Positions 32,820-35,268 of a stretch of DNA of 35,268 nt are shown one piece after another; within the stretch, counting starts at the first letter, position 1, and every line of letters starts with the position of its first letter. Location of the stretch: the NCBI GenBank assembly GCA_964580635.1, contig CAZOMF010000003.1:1-35268 (forward strand), in the 5' to 3' direction. Origin of the DNA: an uncultured Dehalococcoidaceae bacterium (lineage in GTDB: Bacteria; Chloroflexota; Dehalococcoidia; Dehalococcoidales; RBG-16-60-22). A program made the translations under genes and the position numbers. The notes below the pieces were generated by a model. It ran no database searches, was not told the DNA's origin, and saw only the letters and a list, made by a program, of their open reading frames with translations.

Positions 32820-33287
32820 ATGCTAATGGAACTTACTTATGACAATATCCTTCGTTGGATGAAAGGATACTTTAAGGTTTACAGTACTTACGGACAAGAC
32901 TCCGAAACAGCGGATCGAATGAATGATTACTTTGCTCCGGATTTGAGATTCATACCGTACATTGCCGCGATAGGTGGACCGGAAGGTGGCTTCTTCAGCC
33001 GCAATGAGTTCATGCACACCGCGAAATCACACTCCTCGTGGTATGAAAAACTAACACCAGAGGATATCACCGTTGATGAAAGACGAAAGATGGCCGCTGT
33101 ACGGTTCGGGATGGAGGTTATAAACAGAAAGACAGGAGAGGTGGTGGTCAAAAAAAGTGCTATGGCTCATTACGAGTTGGTACTTGATGAGAATAACTCT
33201 ATTAAGATTAAAACGATTCGGTTCTTTTGGGAGGTTTTGCCGCCTGGAGTACCGGAGTTCTATGATTTGTTCGAGGACGATGCGTAG
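32820..33287 (+). CDS. hypothetical NTF2/SnoaL-like protein
   Basis: It is 155 aa with a GAGGAGG SD upstream. Size and alternating-strand pattern are compatible with an NTF2-like fold. No motif is firmly recognised. Confidence 0.5.
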   Translation: MLMELTYDNILRWMKGYFKVYSTYGQDSETADRMNDYFAPDLRFIPYIAAIGGPEGGFFSRNEFMHTAKSHSSWYEKLTPEDITVDERRKMAAVRFGMEVINRKTGEVVVKKSAMAHYELVLDENNSIKIKTIRFFWEVLPPGVPEFYDLFEDDA

Positions 33288-33332
33288 ACAACAGGGGTAT
33301 TTTACCCGGTATATCGGGAGATATCGGCAGGC

Positions 33333-34037
33333 TTACAGCCCCAGATAAGCTTTTCTGATGTGTTCGCTATCAAGGAGTTGCTCACAGGTACCATCCAGCG
33401 TTATCCGGCCGTTCTCCAGAACGCAGGCGCGGTCGGCGGTTTCCAGAGTATGTTTCACGTTTTGCTCGACAAGCAGGATGGTAATACCCTGGTCGCGTAA
33501 GGTTTTTAATATCTGAAAGACATCCAATACCAGTTTTGGCGCCAGGCCGTTCGACGGCTCATCGATTATGCACATTTTAGGTCGGGACATCAGTCCCCGG
33601 CCCATGGCTAACATCTGTTGCTCACCGCCGCTGAGTGTCCTGGCAAGCTGTTTCGCTCTCTCTTTCAGTATAGGAAAAATTTCGTAGACCCATTTAAGTG
33701 TTTCTGCTTTCTGTGCCCAGGCGCGCTTGGGGTAGGCTCCCATCTCGAGGTTCTCGCGGACTGACATTTCCGTAAAAAGTTTCCTTCCCTCCGGGATATG
33801 AGAAAGGCCGAGTTCGACTATATTATTCGGGGACAAACAATCTATTCGCTGACCGAGGAATGAAACCGTGCCTGATGACGCACGCATTAGACCGGATATA
33901 ATGTGGAGTAAGGTAGATTTACCCGCTCCGTTGGCTCCGATGAGTGCCATTATCTCGGCTTCATTGACAGTGAAAGAGATATCCCATAATGCCTGGATAT
34001 TACCGTAAAAGGCATTGATATTATTCACTTCCAGCAT
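33333..34037 (-). CDS. livF: branched-chain amino acid ABC transporter ATP-binding protein LivF-type
   Basis: The Walker A motif is GANGAGKST, the signature is LSGGEQQMLAMGRGL and the Walker B motif is MCIIDEPSNGLAP. Confidence 0.88.
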   Translation of the reverse strand: MLEVNNINAFYGNIQALWDISFTVNEAEIMALIGANGAGKSTLLHIISGLMRASSGTVSFLGQRIDCLSPNNIVELGLSHIPEGRKLFTEMSVRENLEMGAYPKRAWAQKAETLKWVYEIFPILKERAKQLARTLSGGEQQMLAMGRGLMSRPKMCIIDEPSNGLAPKLVLDVFQILKTLRDQGITILLVEQNVKHTLETADRACVLENGRITLDGTCEQLLDSEHIRKAYLGL

Positions 34038-34041
34038 GGTT

Positions 34042-34773
34042 TTATTCTCCTAGGTAGACTTCGATAACCTTTTCACTGTGGGTAATTTCCTGCGGAGTGC
34101 CTTCGGCAATCTTCTTACCGTGATGAAGCACGATTATACGGTCACATACGCTCATGATGGCTTTCATAACATGCTCAATCATGACAATGGTGATTCCCTT
34201 AGTTCTGATACTGGAAATCAGTTGCATTTCCTCGGCGACCTCGGTCTGGTTGAGTCCGGCCATTAACTCATCGAGAAGGAGCAGTTCGGGTTTGGTTGCC
34301 AGGGCTCGGGCTACCTCCAGCCGCTTCTGGTTAGCCAGGGTAAGGTCTCTGGCCGGTGTGTTGGCTACCTGTGACAAGCCCACATACTCCAGCAGCTCTA
34401 GAGATTCCCGGGTAGCATTGGCAGAGGAAACATGTGTCGACTTACCGAAGAATGCCCCGACGCGTACGTTCTCTACAACCGGGAGGTTGGCGAATATTTT
34501 AACCATCTGAAATGTTCTGGCTATGCCCATGCGGCAGATCTGATACGGCTTCTTACCGGTAATGTTTTTATCCTTAAAGCGTATTATCCCTGGTTTCGGG
34601 GTATATGTTGCCGATATCAGATTGAATAGCGTTGTCTTTCCAGCACCGTTGGGACCGATCAGACCAACAACTTCTCCCTGGTCAACATGGAAATCGACAT
34701 TGTCGACGGCTGCCAGACCCCCGAAGTATTTAGATACGCCCTCACCTTCAAGTATTCGCACGTCTTCCTCCAA
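34042..34773 (-). CDS. livG: branched-chain amino acid ABC transporter ATP-binding protein LivG-type
   Basis: VSKYFGGLAAVDNV, the Walker A motif GPNGAGKTT, the LivG-specific ARTFQ motif and the Walker B motif LLLLDELMAGL are present. Confidence 0.88.
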   Translation of the reverse strand: MEEDVRILEGEGVSKYFGGLAAVDNVDFHVDQGEVVGLIGPNGAGKTTLFNLISATYTPKPGIIRFKDKNITGKKPYQICRMGIARTFQMVKIFANLPVVENVRVGAFFGKSTHVSSANATRESLELLEYVGLSQVANTPARDLTLANQKRLEVARALATKPELLLLDELMAGLNQTEVAEEMQLISSIRTKGITIVMIEHVMKAIMSVCDRIIVLHHGKKIAEGTPQEITHSEKVIEVYLGE

Positions 34774-35268
34774 AGAATCGGTTCCACATATTCTGTACCA
34801 GTCCTACCACGCCGTTGGGCATGTATAATATAGCAGCTACTAATACTATACCAAAAAGGAGCGTGTTTATCTCCTGGAGTTCGTTGGGGAGCCAGGTTCT
34901 CAGGTACTCTCTCAAGAGGGTAAAGAAGGCCGCGCCTATTATCGGACCATAAAGCTGGCCTATGCCGCCGAAGATAGCCATTAAAACCGGCAGAAATGAA
35001 ATAAACGGGTCGAAGGCGGTACCCGGGTCAATATATCTTAATTTTGTCGCCCAGATTGCCCCGGCCGCCCCCATGAAAAAGGCGCTGATGGCAAAGGTGA
35101 TAACCTTTACCATAGTCACGTTAATGCCGGTGTGAGCCGCGGCTTCCTCGTTTTCGCCGATACTCTGCAGGGCTAAACCAAATTTAGAGCGTTTGAGAAG
35201 GTAGGCGGTAATCATTAACACCACAAAAATGATGAGCAGGACGTAAAAAATAATACCGTAATCTATGA
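34748..35268 (-). CDS. livM: branched-chain amino acid ABC transporter permease (LivM-type), C-terminal part; gene runs off the right edge
   Basis: It is hydrophobic, with KRSKFGLALQSIGENEEAAAHTGINV, the conserved LivM cytoplasmic-loop motif. The frame stays open to the window edge upstream of the track start. Confidence 0.8.
   Translation of the reverse strand, partial: IDYGIIFYVLLIIFVVLMITAYLLKRSKFGLALQSIGENEEAAAHTGINVTMVKVITFAISAFFMGAAGAIWATKLRYIDPGTAFDPFISFLPVLMAIFGGIGQLYGPIIGAAFFTLLREYLRTWLPNELQEINTLLFGIVLVAAILYMPNGVVGLVQNMWNRFFGGRRANT

Noticed and set aside
1-35268. CRISPR arrays, rRNA genes and insertion sequences.
   Set aside because: Reading both strands, I found no regularly spaced direct repeats, no rRNA-like conserved stretches, and no transposase ORFs or terminal inverted repeats.

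Overview
This is a 35.3-kb, gene-dense stretch of a high-GC bacterial chromosome, with most genes on the minus strand. The lineage cannot be fixed from sequence alone.

Recognisable housekeeping content:
- a GYD / PD-(D/E)XK nuclease / histidine phosphatase operon
- ccdA-tlpA thiol-disulfide genes
- rpe and an SDR
- glgB plus a GH57 glucan enzyme
- tRNA-Gln, tRNA-Glu and tRNA-Leu
- rnc and acyP
- a molybdenum-cofactor operon (mobA-moeA-mobB-DUF362)
- a kinase / methyltransferase / MBL / pepA block
- degV and a PadR pair
- at the right edge, an AT-richer block with two tandem cupin-like paralogs, an NTF2-like gene and livFGM

The accessory segment is about 7.6-15.2 kb. A 1276-aa secreted beta-helix protein with an internal tandem duplication is followed by a tightly overlapped five-gene operon: an S24/S26 peptidase, an HprK-like P-loop kinase, a PqqD/RRE protein, a radical SAM/SPASM enzyme, and a 49-codon Cys-containing ORF that is missing from the supplied ORF track. 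That small ORF overlaps the rSAM stop codon. I read this operon as a RiPP-type peptide maturation system of an unusual hybrid architecture, and it is my top candidate for the undescribed system.

Other points worth a second look:
- two genes whose conserved N-termini can only be translated from SD-preceded ATC codons
- a roughly 360-nt ORF-free hairpin-rich spacer
- an abrupt compositional drop right after tRNA-Leu

I saw no CRISPR array, rRNA, transposase or integrase. Many long ORFs in the track are antisense or alternative-frame shadows typical of high-GC DNA.
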